Shown here in pieces: positions 25,336 to 37,370 of a stretch of 64,000 nt of DNA. The position numbers and the translations under genes were made by a program. The notes under the pieces are model-generated. The model made no database searches. It was given only the letters and a program-made list of their open reading frames with translations, and was not told the DNA's origin. Where the stretch lies: assembly GCA_951406725.2 (NCBI GenBank), contig OX597827.1, forward strand, positions 14,880,001 to 14,944,000. Direction: 5' to 3'. Position 1 is the first letter of the stretch. The number at the start of each line of letters is the position of its first letter. Source of the DNA: Octopus vulgaris. Its lineage: Eukaryota.

Positions 25336-25440
25336 ATCAAAGCATGAGTTTTAACAGTATTTCTTTTTCGAGATTTATTTTTATTCCAGTAGTTTTTACC
25401 ACTTCTTTTGGGGCAATATTTTGATCAGAAGGGTTTTTAA

Positions 25441-25661
25441 CTCTTTAGTGTTCGTATTATTCTGCCAAATTTAATGCTTCTTCATCCACATTGTTTTGAA
25501 CTAATCATACTTTATGTTGTAGCTTTGAGATTCTGATGAGGTAGCTGTTAATTTTTAAAACGATATAGTAGGGTTGGTGTGAGAGACCAGATCTGGCCAG
25601 TTTGAACATAAAACAAGCAGAATACTTTTGGTCGGATATGGCCGGTTTAAATGCTAAAGGG
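25441..25661. mobile_element. piggyBac-type MITE with TTAA TSD
   Basis: TTAA-ctctttagtgtt ... aatgctaaaggg-TTAA; 5' fragment of the same family at ~37529. Confidence 0.7.
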
Positions 25662-25785
25662 TTAATGTCTGTTAGTGGTCATGTGGCTTTTACCAATCCT
25701 TAATTATGATATCAGAAGAGTTTGCCTTGATCTCTTTGTCACTTTGGACAAACATAACCCAGATGATTTTAGCCTGGTGGCTAAG

Positions 25786-25978
25786 TGGCCAAGGTGGCCA
25801 GGGTGGCCAGGTGGCCAGGGTGGCCAGGTGGCCAGGGTGGCCAGGGTGGCCAGGTGGCCAGGGTGGCCATGTGGCCAGGGTGGCCAGGTGGCCAGGGTGG
25901 CCAGGTGGCCAGGTGGCCAGGTGGCCAGGTGGCCAGGTGGCCAGGTGGCCAGGTGGCCAGGTGGCCAGGTGGCCAGGT
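25786..25978. repeat. (GGTGGCCA / GGGTGGCCA)n minisatellite
   Basis: more than 20 units of 8-9 bp. Confidence 0.95.
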
Positions 25979-26156
25979 CATTGTCATGTGTTCTGTCTGG
26001 TACATATGTATACCACTTTTTGTCTGTTTTCACATCAAAGTGTTGGCATATTGCCCAGTGGATGTGGCTGCCAACTCAGTCATACCAGTGTATACATTCA
26101 GATTTGGCAAGGACTGAGCAGTCAAAAACGACGTGGTCAACTATCTCACTCTGCTT

Positions 26157-26180
26157 ATTATCATCATCATCATCATCATC

Positions 26181-26219
<39 letters not shown>

Positions 26220-26294
26220 GGTGGTGGTGGTGGTGGTGGTGGTGGTGGTGGTGGTAGTAGTAGTAGTAGTAGGAGGAGGAGGAGGAGGAGGAGG

Positions 26295-26355
<61 letters not shown>

Positions 26356-26373
26356 TAAGCAGCAGCAGCAGCA
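26157..26373. repeat. Compound trinucleotide tract TCA-GTA-GGT-GTA-GGA-GCA-GTA-GCA
   Basis: direct reading. Confidence 0.95.
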
Positions 26374-26976
26374 TTTCTTCTAGTTCTTTATATTCTAAGT
26401 TCAAATGCAACCCAAGGTCAAGTTTGCCTTTCATCCTTTTGGGTTTGATGAAATAAGTACCAGTTGAGCAAATAGAGTTGATGTAAAACCAACTTCCCCA
26501 CCCACCCCTCAAAAACTGTTGGGTCATGTATATCCTAATTTTAGGATAGATACAGCAATTACTTTAGGTGATATAAAATAGTTTGAGGCAAGAAAGGCAT
26601 GCATCTCTAAAACACTACCCTCAAAAAGGAATTATGACTAGTATGTCATCAGATTAGCAAACCTAATCTTCACTTTAGCAAGAAAACAGTTTTAAAGCAT
26701 TTGATGATGCTGATGATGATGATGAGTGACATGTTTATAAGAAAGCATTAGTTTCATTTTTTAATTTTGGTTCAAATTTCCTTTCGTCCTTTTTATACTC
26801 TGTTAATCTAATGTCTTAAACTCTATACAGATTTAAACTAACTATAGAGAAAATAGCTATATTTTACAGATTGAATGTTTTAGTGAAGAAACTCTGCTTT
26901 CACTAATTCAGAAGCTCATCAGACTAAGTTAGGAAAAGCAAAACTTTCTTTAAACACTAAATCTGAAATATATAAG

Positions 26977-27008
<32 letters not shown>

Positions 27009-27269
27009 TGTATGTATGTATGTATGTATGTATGTATGTATGTATGTATGTATGTATGTATGTATGTATGTATGTATGTATGTATAATGCTTCCAATCTA
27101 TTTACAAAATATTCTGTATTCAATAGCAGGCCTCTTTTATAATTGTAGACTAACAAGATTACTGGATTAGAACACTTTATATATATATGTGTGTGTTGTG
27201 TGTGTGTGTGTATATTATATGTATATATGTATATATATATGTATGTATGTATGTATGTATAAATATATG

Positions 27270-27302
<33 letters not shown>

Positions 27303-27924
27303 GCACGTGTGTATTTTCATATATGCATACATATACTAAATACTGGATCATTATTGAGGATTCTTTTGGGGCATCTTTTAGTACACTGCAATTTCATGTT
27401 TCATCTTATTTATCTTTTAAAAATCTATCTAAAATGCACAGATACACTTCCTTTCAATATTTCTGCCTCATCCTACTTCTGACAATACATGAAGTTGTCT
27501 TGTAAGAACACCAGGAAACCGATGGTACTCCGCACCATCAAAAATAATTAAATGAAGTTTGAGAAGAGCTTCAAACTCACAAACGTCTCCAAATATATTT
27601 TAGTACTCAATACAAAATAGATATTGAGTAAAGGTATAAAAAAATTAAATGCACAAATAACGCTTAATTAAGTCTATTAATAATTAAAAATTAAAATGAC
27701 AATGTGGAGATCAACATTATGGAATATACTGATATCTTACATAAATACAAAGTAACAAATTTTTAGGGAAGGGGTCAGTTAGTTATATCATGTTTGTATT
27801 TAACTGGTTCTTGTTTAATCAAACACCAATAAGGATAAAAGGCCAAAGTTAGTGGTTGCTTAAACTGAACTTACAATGTGAAGACAGGAACAAATTGGTT
27901 ACAAATTGCTGCAAAGCATTTTAC

Positions 27925-28110
27925 AGTTCTATATTCAAGAGATGAGGAACTATGTACATTATTTACATTATTTACATTTGACGGATATTTGTCCTCATCT
28001 TTTTTGTTGTTAACACAATGTTTCGGCTGATATACCCTCCAGCCTTCATCAGGTGTCTTGGGGAAATTTCGAACCTAGGTTCTCATTCCTAAGGTATTTT
28101 TTCAATATTG
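27925..28110 (-). mobile_element. Family F body with hammerhead (28013-28056)
   Basis: minus: acac-CTGATGA-a-ggctg(gagggtatat)cagcc-GAAACATT-gtgt. Confidence 0.7.
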
Positions 28111-28399
28111 TTGTTGTTGTTGTTGTTGTTGTTGTTATTGTTGTTATTATCATCATCATCATCATCATCATCATTATTATTATTATTATGTGGTTACAAA
28201 GTGAGCTTCTTAACCACACAGCCTTGTCTGCAAGAAATATTCGCAAATTCGATGACTGGCACCAGTTCCAGTGGAGCGCTAAGAGCACCATCCAAGAGTG
28301 ATCACTGCCAGAGCAGCTGACTGGCTTCCCTGTCAGTGGCACGCAAAAAGCCCCATTCAAACGTGATTGTTATCAGCATCACCTTATTGGCCCTTGGAT

Positions 28400-29010
28400 A
28401 TCTTTATATATATAAAACTGAGAATGTGTGTCTGTCTGTCTGACTGTCTGTTTGTCTGTGTGTTTCCCTAAAACTTGAGAACTACACAACCAATTTCATT
28501 CAAATTTTACATAGGCGCAGGAGTGGCTGTGTGGTAAGTAGCTTGCTAACCAACCTCATGGTTCCGGGTTCAGTCCCACTGCGTGGCACCTTGGGCAAGT
28601 GTCTTCTGCTATAGCCCTGGGCCGACCAATGCCTTGTGAGTGGATTTGGTAGACGGAAACTGAAAGAAGCCTGTCGTATATATATATATATGTATGTGTG
28701 TGTTTGTGTGTCTGTGTTTGTCCCCCTAGCATTGCTTGACAACCAATGCTAGTGTGTTTACGTCCCCGTCACTTAGCGGTTCGGCAAAAAGAGACCGGTG
28801 GAATAAGTACTGGGCTTACAAAGAATAAGTCCCGGGGTCGATTTGTTCGACTAAAGGCGGTGCTCCAGCATGGCCGCAGTCAAATGACTGAAACAAGTAA
28901 AAGAGTAAAAGAGTAAAGAGTATATGCCTTACTTAGGGTCAGGGGAGTGTCATCGGCAAAAAAAATTTTAACTTTTTGCCTAGGGAGAGCCCACAGCAAT
29001 AACATATCTC
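28400..29010 (+). mobile_element. Non-autonomous Helitron-like 5' part interrupted by SINE A
   Basis: a|TCtttatatatataaaa + (CTGT)n + caaccaatttcattcaaatttt; same start motif as 46552. Confidence 0.5.
28514..28920 (+). mobile_element. SINE family A, full length, young
   Basis: CpG-intact copy with (gtaaaaga)n tail. Confidence 0.92.
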
Positions 29011-29352
29011 TCACTGGTACTTAATTTTATTCACCTCAGAGGGATAAAAGACAAAGTTGGTCTCAAAAGGATTTGAATTGAGACATTATAAAAAGCTGGA
29101 ACAAATTCGATAAGGTATTTCATCCAATGCTTTAATGATTGCATTAATCTGCCATTCTTAACATCATGGAAAAATAGCAGCAATAACAAAACTTTCATTG
29201 TTTGAAACACCCTTTATTATTTGCCAGTCTCAAAATATTATCCAAACATTCCAGAGTTATACAAAGCTTGAGAAAAATAAAGTTTTAAGTCAATAAAGGA
29301 AAGTAATGTTTCCCATTTCTGTTTGAGATCTAAGCAAGGCAAACAATATACA

Positions 29353-29545
29353 TAGGGAGAGTTTATGAAAAAAACAAAAGACGAAGACAGGTGGTGTACA
29401 AAACAAACAGATGTATTAGTATAATGCTCAGGAATAGAAAAAGTCTTTCACGTTTCGAGCCTACACTCTTCTACAGAAAGGGACAGAAAAAAACAAGGAG
29501 AGAAAAAAAAATGTGCGTAGTGGCTAACGATCTATCATGGCATCT
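29353..29545 (-). mobile_element. Family D repeat
   Basis: minus: cttt-CTGTAGA-agagtgtaggctc-GAAACGTG-aaag. Confidence 0.75.
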
Positions 29546-29768
29546 GACCATCATGGCGTCTGACCAAACAATATATACATCAACTTAAGTAACTGAGGCT
29601 TAAACCAGTGCTGAGTAAGAATGTAAATGATTTTGGGGAGATTACTGGAAAGAATCTATCAAGAAGGAACCAAATTTATGATACTTGAAATAAAAAAACA
29701 AAGAATTTATAAAGATATCAGTATATGCAAATTATACCAGTAATTAAGCCATTATTACATGCTGTGTT

Positions 29769-30237
29769 AAGGTGGTGAGCTTGCAGAGTATTTAGCATGC
29801 TGGACAAAATGGTTAATGGTATTTCACCCATCAAGGCGGCAAGTTGGCAGAAACGTTAGCACGCTGAGCAAAATGCGTAGCGGTATTCCGTCAGCCGCTA
29901 CGTTCTGAGTTCAAATTCTGCCGAGGTCAACTTTGCCTTTCATCCTTTTGGGGTCGATTAAATAAGTACCAGTTATGCACTGGTGTCGATATAATCGACT
30001 TAATCCGTTTGTCTGTCCTTGTTTGTCCTCTCTGCGTTTAGCCCCTTGTGGGTAGTAAAGAAATAGGTATTTCACCCGTCACTACATTCTGAGTTCAAAT
30101 TCCATTGAGGTACACTTTGCCTTTCATCCTTTCGGGGGTCGATAAATCATGTACCAATGAAACACTGGGGTTGATGTAATCAACTAGTCCCTTCCCCAAA
30201 AATTTCAGGCCTTGCGCCTTTAGTAGAAAGGATTATT
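29769..30237 (+). mobile_element. Old SINE B with young B1 (29833-30065) nested inside
   Basis: TSD ggtatttcaccc(a/g)tc at 29818-29832 and 30066-30080. Confidence 0.88.
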
Positions 30238-30589
30238 GCATGCCATGTTGATCTGAGCTTCACTGTAACTCAATGATGTTTTTATTCTCCTAATCTAATT
30301 AAATGTAAGTAAACACTTTTTATTGATGGTGCTCTATTGTCTGGGCATAAAGTTCCCCCAACATAGACCCAGTGTATATTTTACCAACCCTATCACAATA
30401 AGGAATTGACAGCATTGATTATATATAATCAACTGGCAGACATATATATTTATATATATAAATATTATAATATATATATATGTATATGTATATATTACAA
30501 GTAATATTATCCTGTTCATTAATTTGTCAGTATTAGTAGAAAAGAATGTGTGTGTGTGTGTGTGCATGCACGTGCACTTGTGTGTGTGT

Positions 30590-30681
30590 GTGTTCAGTCC
30601 CACTGCATGGCACCTTCTATTATAGCCTTGGGCCAAAGCTTTGTGAGTGGATTTGGTAGACAGAAACTGAAAGAAGACCGT

Positions 30682-30723
<42 letters not shown>

Positions 30724-30940
30724 GTATGCATGTTTGTGTGTCTGTCCCCTCAACATCGCTTGACAACCGATGCTGGTGTGTTTATGTCCCTGTAACTTAG
30801 CAGTTTGACAAAAGAGACCGATAGAATAAGTACTAAGCTTACAAAAAATAAGTCCTGGGGTCGATTTGCTCGACTAAAGGCAGTGCTCCAGCATGGCTGC
30901 AGTCAAATGGCTGAAACAAGTAAAAGAGTAAAAGAGAGAG
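30590..30940 (+). mobile_element. SINE family A
   Basis: gttcagtcccactgc...gaaacaagtaaaagagtaaaagag. Confidence 0.85.
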
Positions 30941-31599
30941 TATAGCTTCAAATCTCTACTGTGTTATGGATATCCAAAATCTTCCTGCATGGATCTCATC
31001 TTATAATATCATTGCATTGTATAAATCTCATCTGGATGGTGCATTTGCATTGCATGAGTTTCATTTCTGTGATATTAATGCATTATATGGATCTTATCTG
31101 TGTAATATAATTTGCATTTCTTGGATCTCATTGGTGTGGTATTACCACAGTGGGTGAAGAAAGCTATTTTATGAGTTACTTCATTCACTGCTATCTAATA
31201 TATGACACTCTGGGAAACAAAGTTGTCTTACTTCACAGATAATTTTGATATCAGGTGGAAACATTTGAAAAATCCAGTGAATTTAATGAGACTAAGAGAA
31301 AGCTACTCAACGGTGGATATTCTATCATTAATTAATGTTACTGAAGCAAATGTGATTATATAGATCCTTATCTCTGCAACTGATTATCTGGAAGATTTCT
31401 GATCTCTGATATATTACAGCATGCTGCCTAGAACTTAGTGTCATATGTTCTAGATTATCTAGAGCAAGTGTAATCAGCATTTCACTGAAGGTTAACTTGT
31501 CAGGAACTTTCTAGAATTTTATAGAATGTTCATTTATCATGTCTTGCAAACAACTTGCACATGCAAGTGCTACCAGTTAAAAGCTCCGTATACTGGAAG

Positions 31600-31711
31600 C
31601 TAGCAAGTGTATGGGGTCATCAAGAGAGAATGCGCGCCGTTTCGGGGCCTACCTCTCGATGGCATCAATGCGCACCAGCCCCCCTCACTGATATGAGGCC
31701 CCGCTTGCTAG
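31600..31711 (-). other. GC/CpG-rich island able to fold into a multi-stem structure
   Basis: closing stem ctagcaag/cttgctag; inner stems gggg/cccc, gtgcgc/gcgcgc, atc-GAGA-ggt. Confidence 0.4.
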
Positions 31712-34552
31712 ATCAGCTGGTTATGAAGAACTCAATATAAAATATGTGATTAGTTTATTTCAAGCAAAATATTGCTGCATTATTGTAAAAGCAGAAGCTG
31801 CTCTCAATTTGGTGTGAAGGCTGAATGTATAACAGGACTGAAAAAATATGCTATTGTGTTACCCAAAAGAACTGGGACATTTTCTGGTAACATCAATGCT
31901 ACCAAGCACCACTGCAAGGAGAGCTGTTGTTGAAAGGTACCAAAAATCACTGTGATTTCTGGTGGACGGCTGATGAAGGGAATTTTCCTTAGTGTAAGAT
32001 GTATGTAAAATAAAGATGTAAATGGCGTAGATAATATTAGTGTGCATAGAACAGAAATGGAATCTGACAGTTTAGTCTTTCTCATAATGGTGACTTATGA
32101 GATGTTGGTGGTACTTCCACTAGTGACCAGCCACTTTTTAGCATGTAACTGTACTGGAACCACCAATCGTCTTCATTCATTCTCATAGTCAATTGGCAGT
32201 ATAGTGACAGGAGAGGTAAACAATGTAAGTTTCCTGTCTTCCTCAATGTTATTAGCAATAAAATGAAATGGTTTTAGACAAAAATTTCAATTGCATTTCA
32301 AAGTCATTTCATCAGGGGTTTACCTCAACTCTATAAGGGTTTATTTTTAATGGTTTGATCAGAGATGGAAAATATTTATCAGGGCTTCCGTGAGAGGGTG
32401 TTTCAGTTTCATAGAAAATAATGCCTTTATTTTTCCATGAGCACTAGGATTCTACATATACCCAGAAAACAAGTTTTGTTGACTTTGAAATATTTGATTA
32501 CCAGATGTTTTGAAGCATGTTAGGCAATCCCTTACATGTCAGAAACTTAAAAATGCAGGACCCAAAGTGTCTGAAATCACTGACTTCTGTGAATTGATGT
32601 TGGAACAAATTATCAGATGGCTTTCATTCTCATTGATGGTCTTGTACACTCAATCTTGTTTGCATTGAGAACCAGACCAACATTGGCCAAAGTGCCTCTC
32701 AGTTGCAGCTACTTGAAAAAGAAGAAACTGGAGGGGTAAATTATCCTCAGACTAGAGACATGGCCCAAATACTTACAATAGAGCAGATTCTGCTAAAGAT
32801 AACCAAGGACCATTTGGTGGTGTTGAAATAAGCAACAGATTAAGTCTGCTATCCACTGCTTAAAAAATGCACCGTTGAAAGTCAAACTTACCAAAATTTC
32901 AAAGTAGAAATTTGCAACTTCATGAATGAAAAAATATATATTCCTATTGCATGTGATTTTGTTTAGTATTAGTTACAATTTTTTATTTTTTAGTTTATAA
33001 GAAAAAATTATTGGTTTTCAAAAATTGATTATAGAAGCAGTTGAAAATGTTACTTATTAGAACCATATAGTCTTTATCAATGTTAAACACAACTCCTATG
33101 TTAGAAAGCTGATCAAGTACCCCATGAATAAAATAAACAGCTGTGTTTTATATAATTTGTGATAAGCTTCATAGAGTGGAATATTCAAGTTAGCTCCCAG
33201 CATACCAAGTCTATGACACAGTTTTTTGGGGGGTTTTTTTGTGGATTTTTTTTTTCTGAGTTGTAGCTGATTCCATGTACATCATCGCAGTTCTTGAGAA
33301 ATGCATGTGCAGTACAATTCCCATTTCTTTTGAATCTAAAATCAACAGAGCTGATCCTGTTACTGACAGAGGCTTTTGATCACATAAAGGTCTAGCAATT
33401 GACTCTATTTATTGGACTTGTACATGGGATAAATAAATAAATAAATAAACAAATAATACCATTATCTTTTATATGATTTAGAAAGGAAAAAGCTAAAAGT
33501 AACAGACATTGATTTTTATTAGAAAATACAAATATGAACAAACTACATATTTTATTTGAAGCCACTTTTTTTTCCTTTCTATGAAAGCTTTTATTTGTTT
33601 GAATTGCTTCAAATAAAACAGCAATCAGATTTTAGTTTTTGTGGGTCTTGTCCCTTAAAATTTATATAAATTCTCAACAGAATCCAATATTACTTTGCTA
33701 ATACATTGGAATCTATTTTAATGAACCTACATTAATAATCAGTATAATCTTTTATCGGTAAAACACTGGTAGCAATGCTTTTATGCCACGCAGTATGGGG
33801 TTTTGACTTCTATATGGATTTTTTGGCGTTCAATTATCGGATAAGCTAATGACTTCGCCGTATTTAATTATTATTTTTTGATAACATATTGGTTAATTGA
33901 TGTATTTGGGTCAATTAAATCAACGTTTCCCAGAGTTATTACTATGTACTATTAATATATTCAGCTGAAATAGTAGAGGAACAGACTAGCTGATTTATTT
34001 GCCAACAACCTTTCCGACAACTATATTTTCTCTCCCTCTCTCTTTCTCTCTCACTCTCTCTCTCTTTCTCTCACTTCCTTTCAAACAAAAGACAAGAGCC
34101 CAAAGCCTTATATTTTTCACCCCCTCACAGCAATTAAACTTATTAAATTTTGACATAAACTCCCCATATGTATATTAATTACTATCACTTCAGACCACAG
34201 CCTGTTTCCATGGATTCCAGATGTTACTCCACTTAATTTATACATTCTAATTTTTATGCTTCATTGTCTGAAGTTCAAACTCTATTGAGACCAATTTCAC
34301 CTTTCAACTTTCCTTGGTAAATAAGAATAATATCAGTAAGTTGTGGGGAAGGGGGCAGAAAAATGACATTTTATCTGGGAGAGAAAATACATTTTTTGCT
34401 AGTTTTTTTTTTAACTCTCACACAAAAGAAGAGTTCATAAGCATTCAGTTCTTTTCCTCTCCTGCAGAATACAATCTTATCCAAACTCACAAACTATCAT
34501 CATTTTTAACCACAGGCTACCCCAAGTTTTCTTAGATTCCATCAGCAATTCT

Positions 34553-35120
34553 TTTATTCTTTTACTTGCTTTAGTCATTTGACTGTGGCCATGCTGGAGC
34601 ACTACCTTTTAGTTGAAGAAATTGACCCCAGGACCTATTCTTTGTAAGTCTGATACTTATTCTATCAGTCTCTTTTGCCGAACTGTCAAGTTACAAGGAG
34701 ATAAACACACCAACATCAGTTGTCAAGAGATGGTGGTAGAGACATATACAGACACAAAGATACATGCATATGCGGTGAGCTAGCAGAAACGTTAGCACGA
34801 CGGGCGAAATGCGTAGCTGTATTTCGTCTGCCGTTACGTTCTGGGTTCGAATTCTGCTGAGGTCGTCTTTGCCTTTCATCCTTTCAGGGTCGATAAATTA
34901 AGTACCAGTTACGAACTGGGGTCGATATAATCGACTTAATCCGTTTGTCTGTCCTTGTTTGTCCTCTCTGTGTTTAGCCCCTTGTGGGTAGTGAAGAAAT
35001 ATATATATATATATCTGACAGGCTTCTTTTCAGTTTCTGTCTGCTAAATCTATTCACAAGTGGGATTGAACCTAGAACCATGTGATTAGGAAGAAAGCTT
35101 CTTACCACACAGTCATGCAC
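34553..35120 (-). mobile_element. SINE A interrupted by plus-strand SINE B1 (34772-35000) in its microsatellite
   Basis: A halves flank a complete B1. Confidence 0.8.
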
Positions 35121-35377
35121 TTATTTTATCAACACACTAGATTCAATGTATCTTATCAAAAGACGGTTCAACTTACAAAGTCATTAGAACTTCAAATGTA
35201 ATGCCTTGTGGTAGTTGTTCCAGCTCTCTGTTTTCTGAATTCAAATCCTACCAAGAACAAGTTTGCCATTCATATTTTTCAGGGTTGATAAAATAAAACA
35301 TCAGTTCAGTGTAGGGATCAGTTTAATTAACTTACACATGTCTGGCCTTGTACCTATCTTTTTTGCTTTTAACTTCC

Positions 35378-35767
35378 ATCATCATCATCATCATCATCAT
35401 CATCGTTTAACGTCCGTTTTCCGCGCTAGCACGGGTTGGACGGTTCGACCAGGGTCTGGGAAGCCAGGGGCAGCACCAGGCTCCAGTCTGATCTGGCAGA
35501 GTTTCTACAGCTGGATGCCCTTCCTAACGCCAACCACTCCGCGAGTGTAGTGGGTGCTTTTTACGTGCCACCTGCACAGGTGCCAGACAAGGCCGGCAAA
35601 CGGCCACGATCGGTTGGAGCTTTTAAAGTGCCACCGGCACGGAAGCCAGCCAAGGTGGCGCTGGCAACGGCCACGTTCGGATGGTGCTTTTTATGTGCCA
35701 CTGGCACAGAAGCCAGTCGGGGCAGCGCTGGCATCGGCCACGGTCAGATGGTGCTTTTTATGTGCCC
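35378..35767 (-). mobile_element. SINE-like family C, young, four internal units
   Basis: (cat)n tail; repeated ggtgcttttta(c/t)gtgccaccggcac. Confidence 0.88.
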
Positions 35768-35904
35768 TACCTATTTCAGTCATTAGACAGTGGCCATGCT
35801 GGGGCACTACCTTGAAGAATTTTTAGTTGAATGAATCAACCGCAGTACTTTTAATTATTTTTTTTTTATTGTCACTCTCTTTTGCAGAACCACTAACAGA
35901 GATA

Positions 35905-36130
35905 TGGCGAGCTGGCAGAAGCGTTAGCAAGCTGGGCGAAGTGCTTAGCGGTATTTCGTCTGCCGTTACATTCTGAGTTCAAATTCCACTGAGGTCGACT
36001 TTGCCTTTCATCCTTTCGTTGATAAATTAAGTACCAGTTACGCACTGGGGTCGATGTAATCGACTTAATCCCTTTCTCTGTCCTTGTTTGTCCCCTCTGT
36101 GTATAGCCCCTTGTGGGCAATAAAGAAATA
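35905..36130 (+). mobile_element. SINE B1 with 19-bp TSD, inserted in SINE A (35772-36345, minus)
   Basis: TSD agaaccactaacagagata at 35886-35904 and 36131-36149. Confidence 0.9.
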
Positions 36131-36690
36131 AGAACCACTAACAGAGATAAACAAACCAACACCAGTTGTCAAGCAATGGTGGTGGTGGTGGTGGTGGTGG
36201 TGGGACAAATACACACACACATACACACATATGTAAACAGTATATATACGATGGGCTCCTTTCAGTTTCCATCTACCATATTCACTCACAAGGCTTTTAG
36301 TCAACCTGAGGCTATAGAAAAAGACACTTGCTCAAGGTGTCACTTAGAAATAATTACATGCCAGGTGTTATGGTGAGTTGAATTCTTGGAACAGTTAATT
36401 CTCTTTATAGGCTTCATGCCCCCTTTTTAAGAAGTTCAACATAATCCTCTTCTTCATCATAAAGATATTCTTATATGCATTATGTGTTGAGTCTGTTGTT
36501 GTTTAACCCCAGGCCAATGTAGGCCCATGACCACTGTCATTTTGTGACCATAGCATTGATCAATCAAGGTATAGTGTATGGTCACACTCTCATACTTTTA
36601 TTTTATTCTCTTACTGTGTCTGGAGAAAGGGTCTGTGACCTTAACCCTTTCAAGCACATCTCACCTCTCTCCACACTCCACCCCACCCAC

Positions 36691-36752
36691 TGCACAAGAC
36701 TGGTGAAGATAAATGCCATCAATTTTCCCCTTGAACATTTGTGAGTCAACAT
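36691..36752 (-). CDS. Weak exon candidate (VDSQMFKGKIDGIYLHQSCA)
   Basis: acceptor tctttcttctcag|, donor GCA|gtgggt (or GAG|gtgaga at 36665); two frames open; repeat-like surroundings. Confidence 0.2.
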
Positions 36753-37027
36753 CTGAGAAGAAAGATGTAAGTAAGGAGAGAATTCCAGCAGGATGGCAAT
36801 CGTATAATCTGATTTACCTACTATTTCTAGTAGGTAAATGCTATTTCTAGTTGCCAATGGTATAATGTGATTTGGCTACTATTTCTAGCAATTAAATTGA
36901 CTGAAGAGCAGGTTTGTGAGAAATTTTTGTTATGCCTGGGTTAATTTGCAAATATGTAGGAACCTGTAAAAGCAGTTTCATACAGAGATAAACTTTGAAT
37001 CTTTAATTTTACAAATTCATAGATATG

Positions 37028-37370
37028 TACTTACTTGTACTTGTGGCGACATTCACCCTGGGCGGGTTGAGTCGGCTTCTTCTACCATGGAAGAAGTTTC
37101 GTGGGAATATGTGGATTTCACAAGCGGTCCCCAACAATCCCGCATGTGGAGACATCCTGTTTGCTGCAGATTGTCCGCAGACGCATGGACAGAACGACTG
37201 AGGAGCCGCTGGTTGCCGAAACAGACACTGGTTGCCCTAATACCACTCAGTGTCAGACTAATCCGCCTTGGGTGGCCCTACCAGGAACCGAAGCTCCCGA
37301 CGGCATAGCTCTGACACTACCCATTGCCAGTGTCCCCGCCACGGTGAGGAGGGGATGAACTTTGGGGATA
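37028..37370 (-). mobile_element. Young non-autonomous RTE-related element (5'-UTR-like part + short (CAAGTA)n tail)
   Basis: CpG-rich; ggtggccctaccagg...ggcatagctct...gccacggtgagg resembles (from memory) the antisense RTE 5'-UTR motif; tail cacaagtacaagtaagta on minus. Confidence 0.5.

Noticed and set aside
25675-26527. 227-aa WPGGQVAR / poly-V/S/G ORFs as a structural protein
   Set aside because: Multiple frames on both strands are open because of the 8-mer and trinucleotide repeats; no splice or start context.
27470-27600. Short minus-strand open frame / hammerhead-like GAAACCGATGGTA
   Set aside because: No acceptable acceptor site and no CUGANGA or stem I partner.
37196-37236. Hammerhead-like CTGAGGA...GAAAC
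   Set aside because: Stem II weak, and no NUH triplet in register with a stem I.
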